Positions 36,630-46,616 of a DNA stretch of 64,000 bases are shown here, piece after piece; positions within the stretch are counted from its first letter, which is position 1, and each line of letters begins with the position of its first letter. The stretch covers positions 14,114 through 78,113 of the forward strand of contig JAVJZJ010000172.1 in assembly GCA_040223075.1 (NCBI GenBank). Direction: 5' to 3'. Below the pieces are notes generated by a model. It saw only the letters and a list, made by a program, of their open reading frames with translations. It was not told the DNA's origin and searched no databases. This stretch comes from Marinobacter sp. Its GTDB lineage: Bacteria; Pseudomonadota; Gammaproteobacteria; Pseudomonadales; Oleiphilaceae. Both the position numbers and the translations under genes were made by a program.

Positions 36630-38537
36630 ATGACAACAACAAATACTTCCAGGTTTTCCCGAACACGGTTATCGCTGGCAACAGCCGCACTGTCCGTAAT
36701 GGCCTCTGCCCCGGCCTCTGCCTTTAACTTCGATGTCTACGGCATCGATGCTTCTTTCAGCACAAAGCTGACCGCGGGCATTGGCGTCCGTCTGGAGGAT
36801 CAGGACCCGGATCTGATCTCACAGGGCAACCTGGGGCCGGAATTCGCCTACAGCGACACCGGCGCCTCGTCCAATAACTTTGACGACGGCAACCTGAACT
36901 TCGAAAAAGGCGATCCCTACTCGCAAATCCTTCGTGGCCGATCCGAGCTGTTTCTCGACTACAGTCCCGACAGTGACTATCTGACCCGTATCGGTACATT
37001 GGTTCGCGGTACCTATTACTATGATTTCGAGCTCAAGGATAACGAGCGGGCAGTGGATCCGGTGGGGCAACAACGCAAGCTCAACCCGGACGCAAAAGAC
37101 AATGCTGCCGGCGCAGACCTGCTGGATGCCTACATCTTTACCGACTGGTACGCCGGTAACACGCCGGTCTCAGTACGCTATGGCAGGCAGGTGGTGAGCT
37201 GGGGTGAGAGCACGTTTATCCTCGGCGGCATCAACGCCACCAACCCCATTGACGTGCCAGCCTTCCGTGCCCCGGGTGCTGAGCTGAAAGATGTTCTGTT
37301 GCCGGTCAACATGCTATACACCTCCGTCGGCCTCACGCCAGAGATCAACGTCGAAGCCTACGTCCAAACCGAGTGGGAACCGTTCAAGATTGATGATTGC
37401 GGCACCTTCTTCTCTTCCGCTGACGTGGCGGCCGACGGCTGTGGCCCAGTGCTCCTGGCAGGTCAGGTACCCGACTCACAGGCGTTCGAAGAAGGCTTCT
37501 TGGCACCCCGCCGGGGTGACGTAGAGCCTGGCGACAAGGACCAGTTTGGCGCTGCGGTTCGCTGGTTTGTACCGGCGCTCGATTCGGAGCTGGGCTTCTA
37601 CTACATCCGCTACCACAGCCGGCTGCCCTACATCAGCGGTGTGGTTAACAACCCTGAAAGCCCGACAGAAACCCAGATCAACGACCCGGACGAACCGTTC
37701 ACCCGATTCCCAAGTTATTTCATTGATTACCCCAAGGGCATCGACCTGTACGGCATCAGCATCAACACGACGCTGCCGACCGGCACCTCACTGGGCGCCG
37801 AGTACAGCTTCCGCCCCAACATGCCCATCCAGTGGAATACCTTTGAGCTGATCTACGGTGGACTGCAACAGCGTGGTCCGGATGGTCAGGTCGTTAGCAA
37901 GCTGGAACAGCGTGTGCAGGATAACAACCCCGGGCTCAACTACGCCGGCAAGGCGATTGATGGTTACGACCGCTACAACGTGTCCCAGGCTCAGGCAACC
38001 CTGATCCACTTCATTGACCGGGTACTGGGTGCAGCGCGTTTCATCATCGTCGCTGAGGCTGGCGCCACCTATGTACACGAACTGCCCGACAAGAGCGAAG
38101 CCCGCTATGGTCGGTCCGGTATTTACGGGGTAGGCCCGGTACCGCTGGAGGGTGATTCCTTCTCCGGCGACTTCTGTAGCGAAGGCCCCGGGGATGAGAC
38201 CACAAGGCTGAACATCAATCCGACCAACTGCGGCGCGGATGGTTTCACCACGTCCTTTTCCTGGGGCTATCGCGCACTCTTCGCCCTGGATTACTCCAAC
38301 GCAATTGCCGGCATCAACCTGCTGCCCAAGCTGTTCATTACCCATGATGTGAAAGGTTATGCCCCGGACCCCGGCGGCAACTTCAACGAGGGTAACAAGT
38401 CGGTCAGCCTTGGTCTGGACGCCAACTACCAGAACAAATACTCCGGCTCGATCAGCTACACGAACTATTTCGGTGGTGACTACAACGTCATTGAAGACCG
38501 GGATTTCGTTTCAGCCAGTATTTCCTACTCATTCTGA
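36630..38537 (+). CDS. DUF1302 family outer-membrane beta-barrel protein
   Basis: I chose the Met at 36630 (MTTTNTSRFSRTRLSLATAALSVMASAPASA, a signal peptide). The body is rich in Y/G/D beta-strands and ends ...SASISYSF with a terminal aromatic. It is paired with DUF1329 as usual. Confidence 0.8.
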   Translation: MTTTNTSRFSRTRLSLATAALSVMASAPASAFNFDVYGIDASFSTKLTAGIGVRLEDQDPDLISQGNLGPEFAYSDTGASSNNFDDGNLNFEKGDPYSQILRGRSELFLDYSPDSDYLTRIGTLVRGTYYYDFELKDNERAVDPVGQQRKLNPDAKDNAAGADLLDAYIFTDWYAGNTPVSVRYGRQVVSWGESTFILGGINATNPIDVPAFRAPGAELKDVLLPVNMLYTSVGLTPEINVEAYVQTEWEPFKIDDCGTFFSSADVAADGCGPVLLAGQVPDSQAFEEGFLAPRRGDVEPGDKDQFGAAVRWFVPALDSELGFYYIRYHSRLPYISGVVNNPESPTETQINDPDEPFTRFPSYFIDYPKGIDLYGISINTTLPTGTSLGAEYSFRPNMPIQWNTFELIYGGLQQRGPDGQVVSKLEQRVQDNNPGLNYAGKAIDGYDRYNVSQAQATLIHFIDRVLGAARFIIVAEAGATYVHELPDKSEARYGRSGIYGVGPVPLEGDSFSGDFCSEGPGDETTRLNINPTNCGADGFTTSFSWGYRALFALDYSNAIAGINLLPKLFITHDVKGYAPDPGGNFNEGNKSVSLGLDANYQNKYSGSISYTNYFGGDYNVIEDRDFVSASISYSF

Positions 38538-38568
38538 TTCATAAACGACAATCACAAAGGAGTCACTT

Positions 38569-39933
38569 GTGAACGCATATAGAAAACACCTCATCGGTAG
38601 CGCCATCGCCGTCTCGATGTTTTCTTCCGGAGCAGCCCTCGCGGCTGTCTCCGCAGAGGAAGCGGCGAAACTTGGCAACGAACTCACACCTTTCGGCGCA
38701 GAAAAAGCCGGTAACGGAGATGAAATTCCCGCATGGACAGGCGGGCTGACATCACCTCCGGCGGAGCAGCCACAGGAAGGTATCTACCCAGACCCCTTTT
38801 CGGAAGACGAGCGCCTGTTCGTCATCGACCAGAGCAACGTGGATGAGTACAGAGATCGACTCTCCCCCGGTCAGATTGCGACAATCAAAGCCTATGACGA
38901 CTACTTCATTCCGGTCTACCAGACCCGTCGTACCGGTGCCTATCCGGATTTCATGATAGAAAAGGCTGCGGAGAATGCCACTAAGGTGTCCCTGACGCCC
39001 GATGGCAACGGCCTGGAGAACTATCAGACCGGCGTGCCCTTTCCGATCCCGAAAAAAGGGGTCGAGGTCATTTTCAATCACATTACCCGTTACCGCGGCG
39101 GCTCCATTATCCGTAATGTTGCCCAGGTAACCCCCCAGGCCAATGGTGACTACAGCCCGGTTAAATTCACCGAACATCTGACCGACCGCGTGGCACTGGC
39201 AGACTATGAGCCGGGCATGGACGAGAATGTGCTGTTCTACTTTAAACAGGTCATTACCGCCCCATCACGCCTCGCCGGAAACGTGTTGCTGGTTCACGAA
39301 ACCCTGAACCAGGTCAAGGAGCCTCGCCGTGCCTGGATCTACAACTCCGGCCAACGCCGTGTTCGCCGGGCGCCCCAGGTAGCCTACGACGGCCCAGGTA
39401 CCGCCGCTGATGGTCAACGTACATCTGACAACCTTGACCTCTACAATGGTGCACCGGACCGCTACAACTGGGAACTGGTTGGTAAAAAGGAAATGTACAT
39501 TCCGTACAACTCCTACAGACTTGGTGATCAAAGCCTGAGCTACGATGACATCATCCAGCCAGGCCACATCAACCCGGAGCTGACCCGCTACGAACTGCAT
39601 CGTGTCTGGCATGTGCGCGCCACCCTGAAAGAAGGCGAGCGCCACATATACGCCCAGCGTGATTTCTACGTGGATGAGGATTCCTGGCAGATTTCCGTGG
39701 TTGACCACTACGATGGCAGGAGTGAGCTCTGGCGTGTTGCAGAAGCGCACATGGTTCAGGGATATGACATTGGCGTGCCCAGCTACGCCGCTGAAACCCT
39801 GTACGACCTGCTCTCCGGCCGCTACCTGGTAATGGGTCTGACCAACGAAGAGGATGACCCTTACACCTTTGGTGTAAAAGCCCGCTCCAATGAGTTCACA
39901 CCCGCTGCGCTACGCCGGGCCGGGGTTCGTTAA
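38569..39933 (+). CDS. DUF1329 family periplasmic/outer-membrane-associated protein (LolA-like fold family)
   Basis: 454-aa ORF with a GTG start and a signal peptide (AVSMFSSGAALAAVSA). It follows the characteristic DUF1329 pattern (GVPFPIPKKGVEVIFNH, YELHRVWHV). Confidence 0.8.
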   Translation: MNAYRKHLIGSAIAVSMFSSGAALAAVSAEEAAKLGNELTPFGAEKAGNGDEIPAWTGGLTSPPAEQPQEGIYPDPFSEDERLFVIDQSNVDEYRDRLSPGQIATIKAYDDYFIPVYQTRRTGAYPDFMIEKAAENATKVSLTPDGNGLENYQTGVPFPIPKKGVEVIFNHITRYRGGSIIRNVAQVTPQANGDYSPVKFTEHLTDRVALADYEPGMDENVLFYFKQVITAPSRLAGNVLLVHETLNQVKEPRRAWIYNSGQRRVRRAPQVAYDGPGTAADGQRTSDNLDLYNGAPDRYNWELVGKKEMYIPYNSYRLGDQSLSYDDIIQPGHINPELTRYELHRVWHVRATLKEGERHIYAQRDFYVDEDSWQISVVDHYDGRSELWRVAEAHMVQGYDIGVPSYAAETLYDLLSGRYLVMGLTNEEDDPYTFGVKARSNEFTPAALRRAGVR

Positions 39934-39971
39934 CCGCAAAGCTCTCGGGATTTCCCGACCGCTGTAAGTAG

Positions 39972-40008
39972 AAAACCCGCTTCGAAACCGAAGCGGGTTT
40001 TCTGTATT
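39972..40008 (+). terminator. Rho-independent terminator after the lipase-DUF1302-DUF1329 block
   Basis: 13-bp stem AAAACCCGCTTCG / CGAAGCGGGTTTT with loop AAAC, running into a T-rich tail. Confidence 0.8.
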
Positions 40009-40061
40009 CTGAACCTGGTTCGGATAATAAGCCGCGTTCAGGATAGCTCCATGGGTTTCAT

Positions 40062-42191
40062 ATGACAGACAAATCCAGCAATGACCAGGACATCGTCGGC
40101 AAGCAGGACTCCAGGCTGGCCCTGCTTGCCCGCTATACACCGAATATGGTGATGATCACGGACGGAGCTGGGTGTTTTGACTGGGTCAACCCGAGTTTCG
40201 AGAACCACACCGGCTATATGCTCCAGGACATTCGGGGCAAGCGTGTCGGTGACGTGCTTTTTGGCGACGATACCGATCCCGAGACCATAAAACGCATCCG
40301 ACAGAAGCTGTATGAAAACGAGGCGTTTGAAGAGGACCTGCTTCAATATACTCGTTCCGGATCCCCCTACTGGGTACACAGCCATTGTTTTCCGGTTGGC
40401 CCTGAGCAGGGCGTCAAGCCTGGCTTCATCGCAATCCAGAACAATATTTCAGACCGCAAAAACAGCGAACGTGGCCTGAGAATTGCCGCAAGCGTGTTTG
40501 ACCGTAGCCACGAAGCCGTTCTGATTACAGATCACAACAATCGTATTCTGGACGTCAATCCGGCCTTCTCCCGCATTACCGGTTACAGCCGCAACGAGGT
40601 TCTGGGATTGAATCCGTCCATTCTCAGCTCAGGGCGCCATACCCCCGCTTACTATCGATCCATGTGGCACACGATAGAGCAAACAGACCACTGGCGTGGT
40701 GAAATCTGGAATCGTCGTAAAAACGGTGAGGAGTATGCAGAGCTGCTCTCCATCAGCCGGGTGCACCTGGATCACCCTGGCCAGTTCTACCATGTGGCCG
40801 CGTTCTCGGATATCACCGCCCTCAAGAACCACGCAAAGGAACTGAATCGCGCAGCCAATTACGATGTCCTCACCGGCCTTCCCAACCGGCAGCTGCTTGA
40901 GGAACGATTAAGGACGGCACGATCACACGCAGACCGGCTCCGCCGAGGGCTGTCAATCTGTTATCTGGACCTGGATGGATTCAATACCATCAATGAACGC
41001 TTTGGTCATGCCGCCGGGGATGAGGTCCTGAAGACCCTGGCTGAACGCCTTACCCGAACGCTGAGAAGCGGCGATATCATCGCACGCATAGGTGGCGACG
41101 AATTTGTTATGTTGCTTCATAGTAACGCCACCGATCAGGTCTTTCAGCGCATTCTGGGCACCGTTGGCGACAACCTGACACTGGCAGGAGAATCTATCAA
41201 CCTGACCGGTAGCCTCGGTGTCACCCATTATCCGGATGACAACAGCGATGCCGAGGGATTGATTCGTCATGCCGACCAGGCCATGTACTCAGCCAAGGAA
41301 AAAGGCCGCAGTCAAATCCATTTCTTCGACCCACGCCTGGACGAACATCGCCGCCAACGCAGAAGCCAACTGATGGACATCGCCCGGGCGCTTGAAAATG
41401 AAGAGCTTGAACTTTACTTCCAACCTCAGGTTCGCTTGCCTGATGGTGCTATTACGGGCTTCGAAGCACTGATCCGCTGGAACCACCCGGAGCTGGGCTT
41501 GATTGCTCCCAAATCGTTCTTGCCGGCCGTGGAAAACAGCCACCTCGAAGTACCGATGGGTCAGTGGGTCGTCAAAGAGGCCATCCATCAACTCAATCGT
41601 TGGAGAGAAGCCGGAACAACGCTGTCGGTAAGCATCAATATCAGCGCCCAGCATCTAATGGATAGGAGTTTCGCAGATTTCATTGAAACCTATCTGCGAC
41701 TCCACCCCGATCTCGACCCGGGTTTGATCACACTCGAGGTTCTGGAATCGACAGCCCTGGAGGACACCCAGCGGGCCAGCAACGTGCTCAGTAAATGCCG
41801 TTGTCTTGGCCTGCAAGTCGCACTGGACGACTTCGGAACCGGATTCTCGTCGCTGACCTACCTGCGAACCCTCCCGGTGGACATGATCAAGATTGACCAG
41901 AGCTTTGTCTTCAACATGCTGGAAGATGCCAGTGACCGGGCCATTGTGGAAAGCGTGATCTTCCTTGCCCAGCGCTTTGCCCATCCCGTGCTGGCGGAAG
42001 GCGTTGAAACCATGGCCCACGCCGATGCCCTGAAGCATATGGGGTGTAACTTTGTTCAGGGATACGGTATTGCCCGGCCCATGCCCGCCGGCGAAGTTCT
42101 GGATTGGACCCGGCAATGGCAGCAACAACTCCTGGACGAAGAAGGGCCTGACGCACAGCGCAATCCAGCCTCAAGCTTTGTTCAGCGGTAG
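40062..42191 (+). CDS. PAS-PAS-GGDEF-EAL c-di-GMP turnover protein
   Basis: 709-aa ORF with two PAS segments. The GGDEF domain reads RSGDIIARIGGDEFVMLL (I-site RxxD present). The EAL domain has FEALIRW, DDFGTGFSSL, KIDQSF and EGVET, so its catalytic residues look intact. Confidence 0.9.
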   Translation: MTDKSSNDQDIVGKQDSRLALLARYTPNMVMITDGAGCFDWVNPSFENHTGYMLQDIRGKRVGDVLFGDDTDPETIKRIRQKLYENEAFEEDLLQYTRSGSPYWVHSHCFPVGPEQGVKPGFIAIQNNISDRKNSERGLRIAASVFDRSHEAVLITDHNNRILDVNPAFSRITGYSRNEVLGLNPSILSSGRHTPAYYRSMWHTIEQTDHWRGEIWNRRKNGEEYAELLSISRVHLDHPGQFYHVAAFSDITALKNHAKELNRAANYDVLTGLPNRQLLEERLRTARSHADRLRRGLSICYLDLDGFNTINERFGHAAGDEVLKTLAERLTRTLRSGDIIARIGGDEFVMLLHSNATDQVFQRILGTVGDNLTLAGESINLTGSLGVTHYPDDNSDAEGLIRHADQAMYSAKEKGRSQIHFFDPRLDEHRRQRRSQLMDIARALENEELELYFQPQVRLPDGAITGFEALIRWNHPELGLIAPKSFLPAVENSHLEVPMGQWVVKEAIHQLNRWREAGTTLSVSINISAQHLMDRSFADFIETYLRLHPDLDPGLITLEVLESTALEDTQRASNVLSKCRCLGLQVALDDFGTGFSSLTYLRTLPVDMIKIDQSFVFNMLEDASDRAIVESVIFLAQRFAHPVLAEGVETMAHADALKHMGCNFVQGYGIARPMPAGEVLDWTRQWQQQLLDEEGPDAQRNPASSFVQR

Positions 42192-42841
42192 CGTTGCTGC
42201 TCGAGGGTGGTTAGCCGGTCTGGGTGAAACACCATCAGTCCGGTCACGAAGACACCGTTCACGAAGCCTTCTGGCAACATGATCAGCGGCAGGTACCGGA
42301 TGTACTCGTGGACCAACTCACGGACCTCATAGACGCCGGCGGTCCACAACATCAGACACATCACCAGGCCGGCACAAACCACAGCAATACCCGCACCGAA
42401 AAAACCACAGAAAAAGATGTAGGCAAAGAAGTTCCGGAAATTCCGCTGTCGTTCCCACAACATAATGCCGTGGCTGACCAGCGCCGGCACCATGACTGTC
42501 ACCAGCCCATTGGCCGCGAACATAGCCAGCGGTTCACGCCCCGTGATCACCGTGATAACCAGGGCCATCAGGCCCGCCAGCACCGCCAGCCCCCAACCCA
42601 GCATCAGGGTAACGACCGTCATGCCAAATATATGGATAGATAATCCCGGCGAGATACCCGCGCGCAGTTGCCAGATAAAACCCAGCACCACCGCCGCACC
42701 AAAAAACGAATGCTGCAGCGCATTATCCTTACGGAACCCCCGCCAATCCACATGACGGATGGCCAGGCCCAGCAACACAATAAACAGAAGACCGGTGATG
42801 ATCAGCTGAGTAGTCGACAGCAGATTGTCCGTCATGCCCAT
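42182..42841 (-). CDS. Conserved polytopic membrane protein of unknown function
   Basis: About 6 TM helices. I chose the Met at 42841 (MGMTDNLL) so that it follows the upstream GGDEF stop (42856) instead of overlapping it. I did not recognise the family with confidence. Confidence 0.6.
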   Translation of the reverse strand: MGMTDNLLSTTQLIITGLLFIVLLGLAIRHVDWRGFRKDNALQHSFFGAAVVLGFIWQLRAGISPGLSIHIFGMTVVTLMLGWGLAVLAGLMALVITVITGREPLAMFAANGLVTVMVPALVSHGIMLWERQRNFRNFFAYIFFCGFFGAGIAVVCAGLVMCLMLWTAGVYEVRELVHEYIRYLPLIMLPEGFVNGVFVTGLMVFHPDRLTTLEQQRYR

Positions 42842-42855
42842 CGGAGGCCTGCCTC

Positions 42856-44370
42856 TTACGTACGATAAGTCCCTGATGCGTCGACGAAGCAATCCCTACC
42901 CGCCTGCTTCGCCAGGTAGAGACGGCGATCCGCCATACCAATCACTGGGTCCGGACTATTGGGGATTTCTGGAAGATCGGAAACAGCGGCAACCCCGGCA
43001 CTGACAGTGACATCTATGGGAGAGCCCTCAAATACAAAGTCATGATCCCGAACCGCCTGCAAGATCCTGGCAACCATACGGCCGACGTCATCGAATTGCT
43101 CCAGTGAATACGCCACCACGAATTCCTCACCGCCAAAACGCGCAACCACGTCCATTCCACGGGTGTGTTGCTCCAGAATGCCGGCAATCTCAGTCAATAC
43201 ATAATCGCCGCAGAGGTGGCCGAGAGAATCATTTATCTGCTTGAAATGGTCGATATCAAACATCGCCACCGCAAACGTATCCTGGTGCCGGGAAGCCCGC
43301 CCGAGCATTTCGTACAACCGGGGCATCAGGTACCGGCGGTTATGCAGTCCGGTCAGTGGATCGCGAATCGACTGGCTCAGCAGCTTTTGCTCAAGGGTAT
43401 GCCGTTCAAGCGCCCCGGACAACAGCCCGGAGACAATAATCAACAGGTCCCCCTGATCCTCCCGCCAGTGCCGCTGCCGCAGCGAATCCACCCCGAAAAA
43501 ACCAGTCACTCGCCCGCGAACCTTTACCGGTACGGCGAACATGGAGCAGACCCCCCGGCGTTCCAGCAACTCCCTCTCACCGCTTGCACTGTCCGGCAAT
43601 TCAGATGCGTCCGGAATAAAGACAACCTTATTGCTACTCACCATCCCGTTAATCTGCTGCTGCCACCACTGAAAACATCCAATGAAGACATTCTGCTGTC
43701 GCTTGATCAGTGCGGAAACCCCCGGCCTCACCCACTCATGGGTATTGACCATAAACTGGTAGTTGTCCGAGAAGGTGAACAGATAGGCGCGATCAACGCC
43801 AAAGAACTGACCAATGCTTTTCAGCAGTTCGTTGATGCACTCATCAATGGTTCCAAAATGCAGGTTAATGAATTCCTTGGAAAGGTCCGCGATCAGCTTC
43901 TGAAAACCCGCCTGATATGAATGTTCCGCTTCGCTTTCCCGCAGGGTCTGTTCCAGTTCCTTGTATTGCTGAATGTTGTGAAACTGACCGTACCACAGGG
44001 TGCTGCCATCGCTCAGTCGCTCTGGCTCGGAGTAACCTTCAAACCACTGGTACTTTCCGGTTGTGAGCTTCAGCCTGGCAAAGTGCTTCCACGTCGTCAG
44101 ATTAAGGGCGGAGGTCTGAATACTCCCCATGACGCCGGCCAAGTCATCCGGGTGTACGATGCCGAACAGACCATCCGCACTTTTCTGTAAGGCTTCTGGC
44201 TTAAGTCCAAACCATTCGGTGACTCGCCGGCTGACAAAAGGAAACCGCTGCTCACTGCCGTCAGCGCTCACCCAGAACGTGTATAGAATGCCGGGCACAC
44301 TAGTGATCAGCTTAATATATAACGCCTGCGAATCCTGGCCTGGGCCATCGCTGTCCTGTTGGTCATGCAT
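42856..44370 (-). CDS. PAS-GAF-like-GGDEF diguanylate cyclase
   Basis: 504-aa ORF with a PAS segment (FPFVSRRVTEWFGLKPEAL...HPDD). The GGDEF domain reads DPLTGLHNRRY...FDIDHFKQINDSLGH...RGMDVVARFGGEEFVV (GGEEF plus an RxxD I-site). Confidence 0.85.
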   Translation of the reverse strand: MHDQQDSDGPGQDSQALYIKLITSVPGILYTFWVSADGSEQRFPFVSRRVTEWFGLKPEALQKSADGLFGIVHPDDLAGVMGSIQTSALNLTTWKHFARLKLTTGKYQWFEGYSEPERLSDGSTLWYGQFHNIQQYKELEQTLRESEAEHSYQAGFQKLIADLSKEFINLHFGTIDECINELLKSIGQFFGVDRAYLFTFSDNYQFMVNTHEWVRPGVSALIKRQQNVFIGCFQWWQQQINGMVSSNKVVFIPDASELPDSASGERELLERRGVCSMFAVPVKVRGRVTGFFGVDSLRQRHWREDQGDLLIIVSGLLSGALERHTLEQKLLSQSIRDPLTGLHNRRYLMPRLYEMLGRASRHQDTFAVAMFDIDHFKQINDSLGHLCGDYVLTEIAGILEQHTRGMDVVARFGGEEFVVAYSLEQFDDVGRMVARILQAVRDHDFVFEGSPIDVTVSAGVAAVSDLPEIPNSPDPVIGMADRRLYLAKQAGRDCFVDASGTYRT

Positions 44371-44469
44371 AAAACTGCGTGACTCCTATCAAAGGAGCCG
44401 TTTCCGGCAACCGACAAAAAAAGTGTAGAGTATGGCAACAAATCCCGCGAGCATGCCCCGGAGCTGCAT

Positions 44470-45240
44470 TTGAGTACCTATACAAAGTCCGCCTCCCGCG
44501 AATGGCAGGCCTTCTGGCTTGCGATCGGTTTCCTCACCCGGGTACCGATGTTGATCCGGATCGATTACTCACAAAGTCTGATGAACCAGAGCAGCCTTTA
44601 TTTCCCGATCGTCGGGCTGCTACTCGGCGTCTGCTATGCCGGCGCCTACACATTCCTGACCCTGGTTTTCAGTCCACTGGTCTCGATTTTGTTGGTGGTC
44701 ATCCTTCACCTGTGGTTAACGGGAGCCTTCCACGAGGACGGACTGGCGGACAGTGTAGACGCACTCGGTGGTGGATATACGATCGAAAAGCGCCTGGAGA
44801 TCATGAAGGACAGTCGGATCGGCACCTATGGCACAGTAGCGCTGGTATCAGCCCTGGCACTGAAAGTTGTCGTCCTGACAGAAGTGAGGAGCGTCTGGCT
44901 GGCGCTATTGGCCGCGCCCATGGTGGCACGCCTGACGCCACTACTGATCATGGGCTACCTGCCCTACGTGACCGACGCGGACAAGAGCAAAAGCAAACCG
45001 GTCGCCGACGGTTTTTCGGGAGCCCGACTGGCGATTGCCGCAACGTTTACCATTGGTGCATCCCTGGCACTGACTCTGTATGAACCCTGGATTTTGCTGT
45101 GGGGCCTGTGCGCCACGCTCGGAGTTGCGCTGATCTGGGGAAGCTATCTGCGCAGCCAACTTGGCGGATACACGGGTGACAGCCTCGGTGCCAGCGTGGT
45201 GTTCTCCGAACTGCTCCTGCTGTTGGGGCTGTGCATTTAG
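44470..45240 (+). CDS. cobS: Adenosylcobinamide-GDP ribazoletransferase (cobalamin synthase)
   Basis: 256-aa ORF with a TTG start. FWLAIGFLTRVPM compares with E. coli FWAMLSFISRLPV. It has the HEDGLADSVDALGG motif and is polytopic. Confidence 0.8.
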   Translation: MSTYTKSASREWQAFWLAIGFLTRVPMLIRIDYSQSLMNQSSLYFPIVGLLLGVCYAGAYTFLTLVFSPLVSILLVVILHLWLTGAFHEDGLADSVDALGGGYTIEKRLEIMKDSRIGTYGTVALVSALALKVVVLTEVRSVWLALLAAPMVARLTPLLIMGYLPYVTDADKSKSKPVADGFSGARLAIAATFTIGASLALTLYEPWILLWGLCATLGVALIWGSYLRSQLGGYTGDSLGASVVFSELLLLLGLCI

Positions 45241-45302
45241 GTCGATAACGGCCACAATCACGTCACGGATGTACCTTGTAAAGATCAGGAGCCCAGCCGC
45301 AA

Positions 45303-46616
45303 ATGCCACCACACACGCCCCACGCCCAGTCCCCGGGCGCGCAGGAAAACAAACGTGCGCTCTGGTCCTGGGCTTTTTACGATTGGGCCAACAGCGCCTT
45401 CTTTACCATCATCCTCACCTTTGTCTTTGCTCAGTATTTCAGTGTGTCGGTGATGCAGGACGAGGTCGCCGGCACCAACGCCTGGGGCAACATCGTGGGC
45501 ATTTCCGGGGTCTTTATCGCGGTCCTGGCGCCGATTCTCGGGGCCATTGCGGACCAGTCAGGGCGTCGCAAACCCTGGTTCATCAGCTTTACCCTGCTGT
45601 GCGTGTTTTCGTCTGCCATGCTGTGGACCGTAACACCAGATCAGGACCAGTTCTGGAACGCCGCGCTGTGGGTGGGGCTGGGCACCCTGGGCGCCGAGTT
45701 TGCGTTTATTTTCTACAACTCCATGCTGCCGGATCTGGCCAGTCAGGAACGCACGGGGCGCTGGTCCGGTTGGGCCTGGGGGCTGGGATACGTAGGCGGT
45801 GTTACAAGCCTGGTGGTCGCGTTGTATGGCTTTATCGAGACCGACGCCAATCTCTTCAACCTGGACCGGGACAAAGCCGAGCACGTTCGCGCCACCTTTG
45901 TGCTGGTGGCGGTCTGGTACATGGTGTTCGCATTGCCGGCGTTTATCTTCGTTCCAGACCGGCCGTCCACCGGCCTGAACCTGGCGGCCGCTACCCGAGC
46001 CGGGTTCAGGCAGCTGAAGGAATCCATCGCCCACGTTCGCCAGTACAAGGACATTGTGCGCTTTCTGATCGCCCGCATGCTGTACACCGATGGGCTGGCC
46101 ACCATATTCACGTTCGGGGGCGTGTACGCTGCCGGCACCTTCAACATGAACCCGACCGAAGTCCTGCAGTTCGCCATCGCGCTGAACGTGACGGCAGGGC
46201 TTGGTGCCCTCGGGTTTTCCTGGATTGACGACGCCCTTGGCGGCCGTAACACCATCCTGCTGGCGTTGGTTGGACTGGGCAGCAGTGCGCTGGCCATCCT
46301 GCTGGTGGACGGTGCCACCGCGTTCTGGATATGGGGCATGGTTCTGGGCATTTTCGTGGGCCCACTGCAATCCGCCAGCCGTTCCCATCTGGCCCGAGTC
46401 GCCCCACCTCACCTTCAGACCCAGATGTTTGGCCTGTTCGCTTTTTCCGGCAAGGCAACGGCGTTCGCCGGCCCCCTGTTGGTCGGCTCAGTCACAGCCA
46501 TCACTGACAGTCAGCGCTGGGGCATGAGCACTATCCTGGTGTTCCTGCTGGTCGGTTTCCTGCTGATGCTGACAGTACCTGCAACCGAGGCCAAAGAGAT
46601 CGAGGAAACCGCCTAA
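45303..46616 (+). CDS. MFS transporter (UMF1-like)
   Basis: 437-aa ORF with 12 predicted TM helices and an N-terminus ALWSWAFYDWANSAFFTIILTFVF typical of UMF1-family MFS proteins. Confidence 0.8.
   Translation: MPPHTPHAQSPGAQENKRALWSWAFYDWANSAFFTIILTFVFAQYFSVSVMQDEVAGTNAWGNIVGISGVFIAVLAPILGAIADQSGRRKPWFISFTLLCVFSSAMLWTVTPDQDQFWNAALWVGLGTLGAEFAFIFYNSMLPDLASQERTGRWSGWAWGLGYVGGVTSLVVALYGFIETDANLFNLDRDKAEHVRATFVLVAVWYMVFALPAFIFVPDRPSTGLNLAAATRAGFRQLKESIAHVRQYKDIVRFLIARMLYTDGLATIFTFGGVYAAGTFNMNPTEVLQFAIALNVTAGLGALGFSWIDDALGGRNTILLALVGLGSSALAILLVDGATAFWIWGMVLGIFVGPLQSASRSHLARVAPPHLQTQMFGLFAFSGKATAFAGPLLVGSVTAITDSQRWGMSTILVFLLVGFLLMLTVPATEAKEIEETA

Noticed and set aside
44371-44469. Cobalamin riboswitch upstream of cobS
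   Set aside because: I saw no B12-box-like sequence or conserved stem pattern by eye. A covariance-model scan would be needed to be sure.
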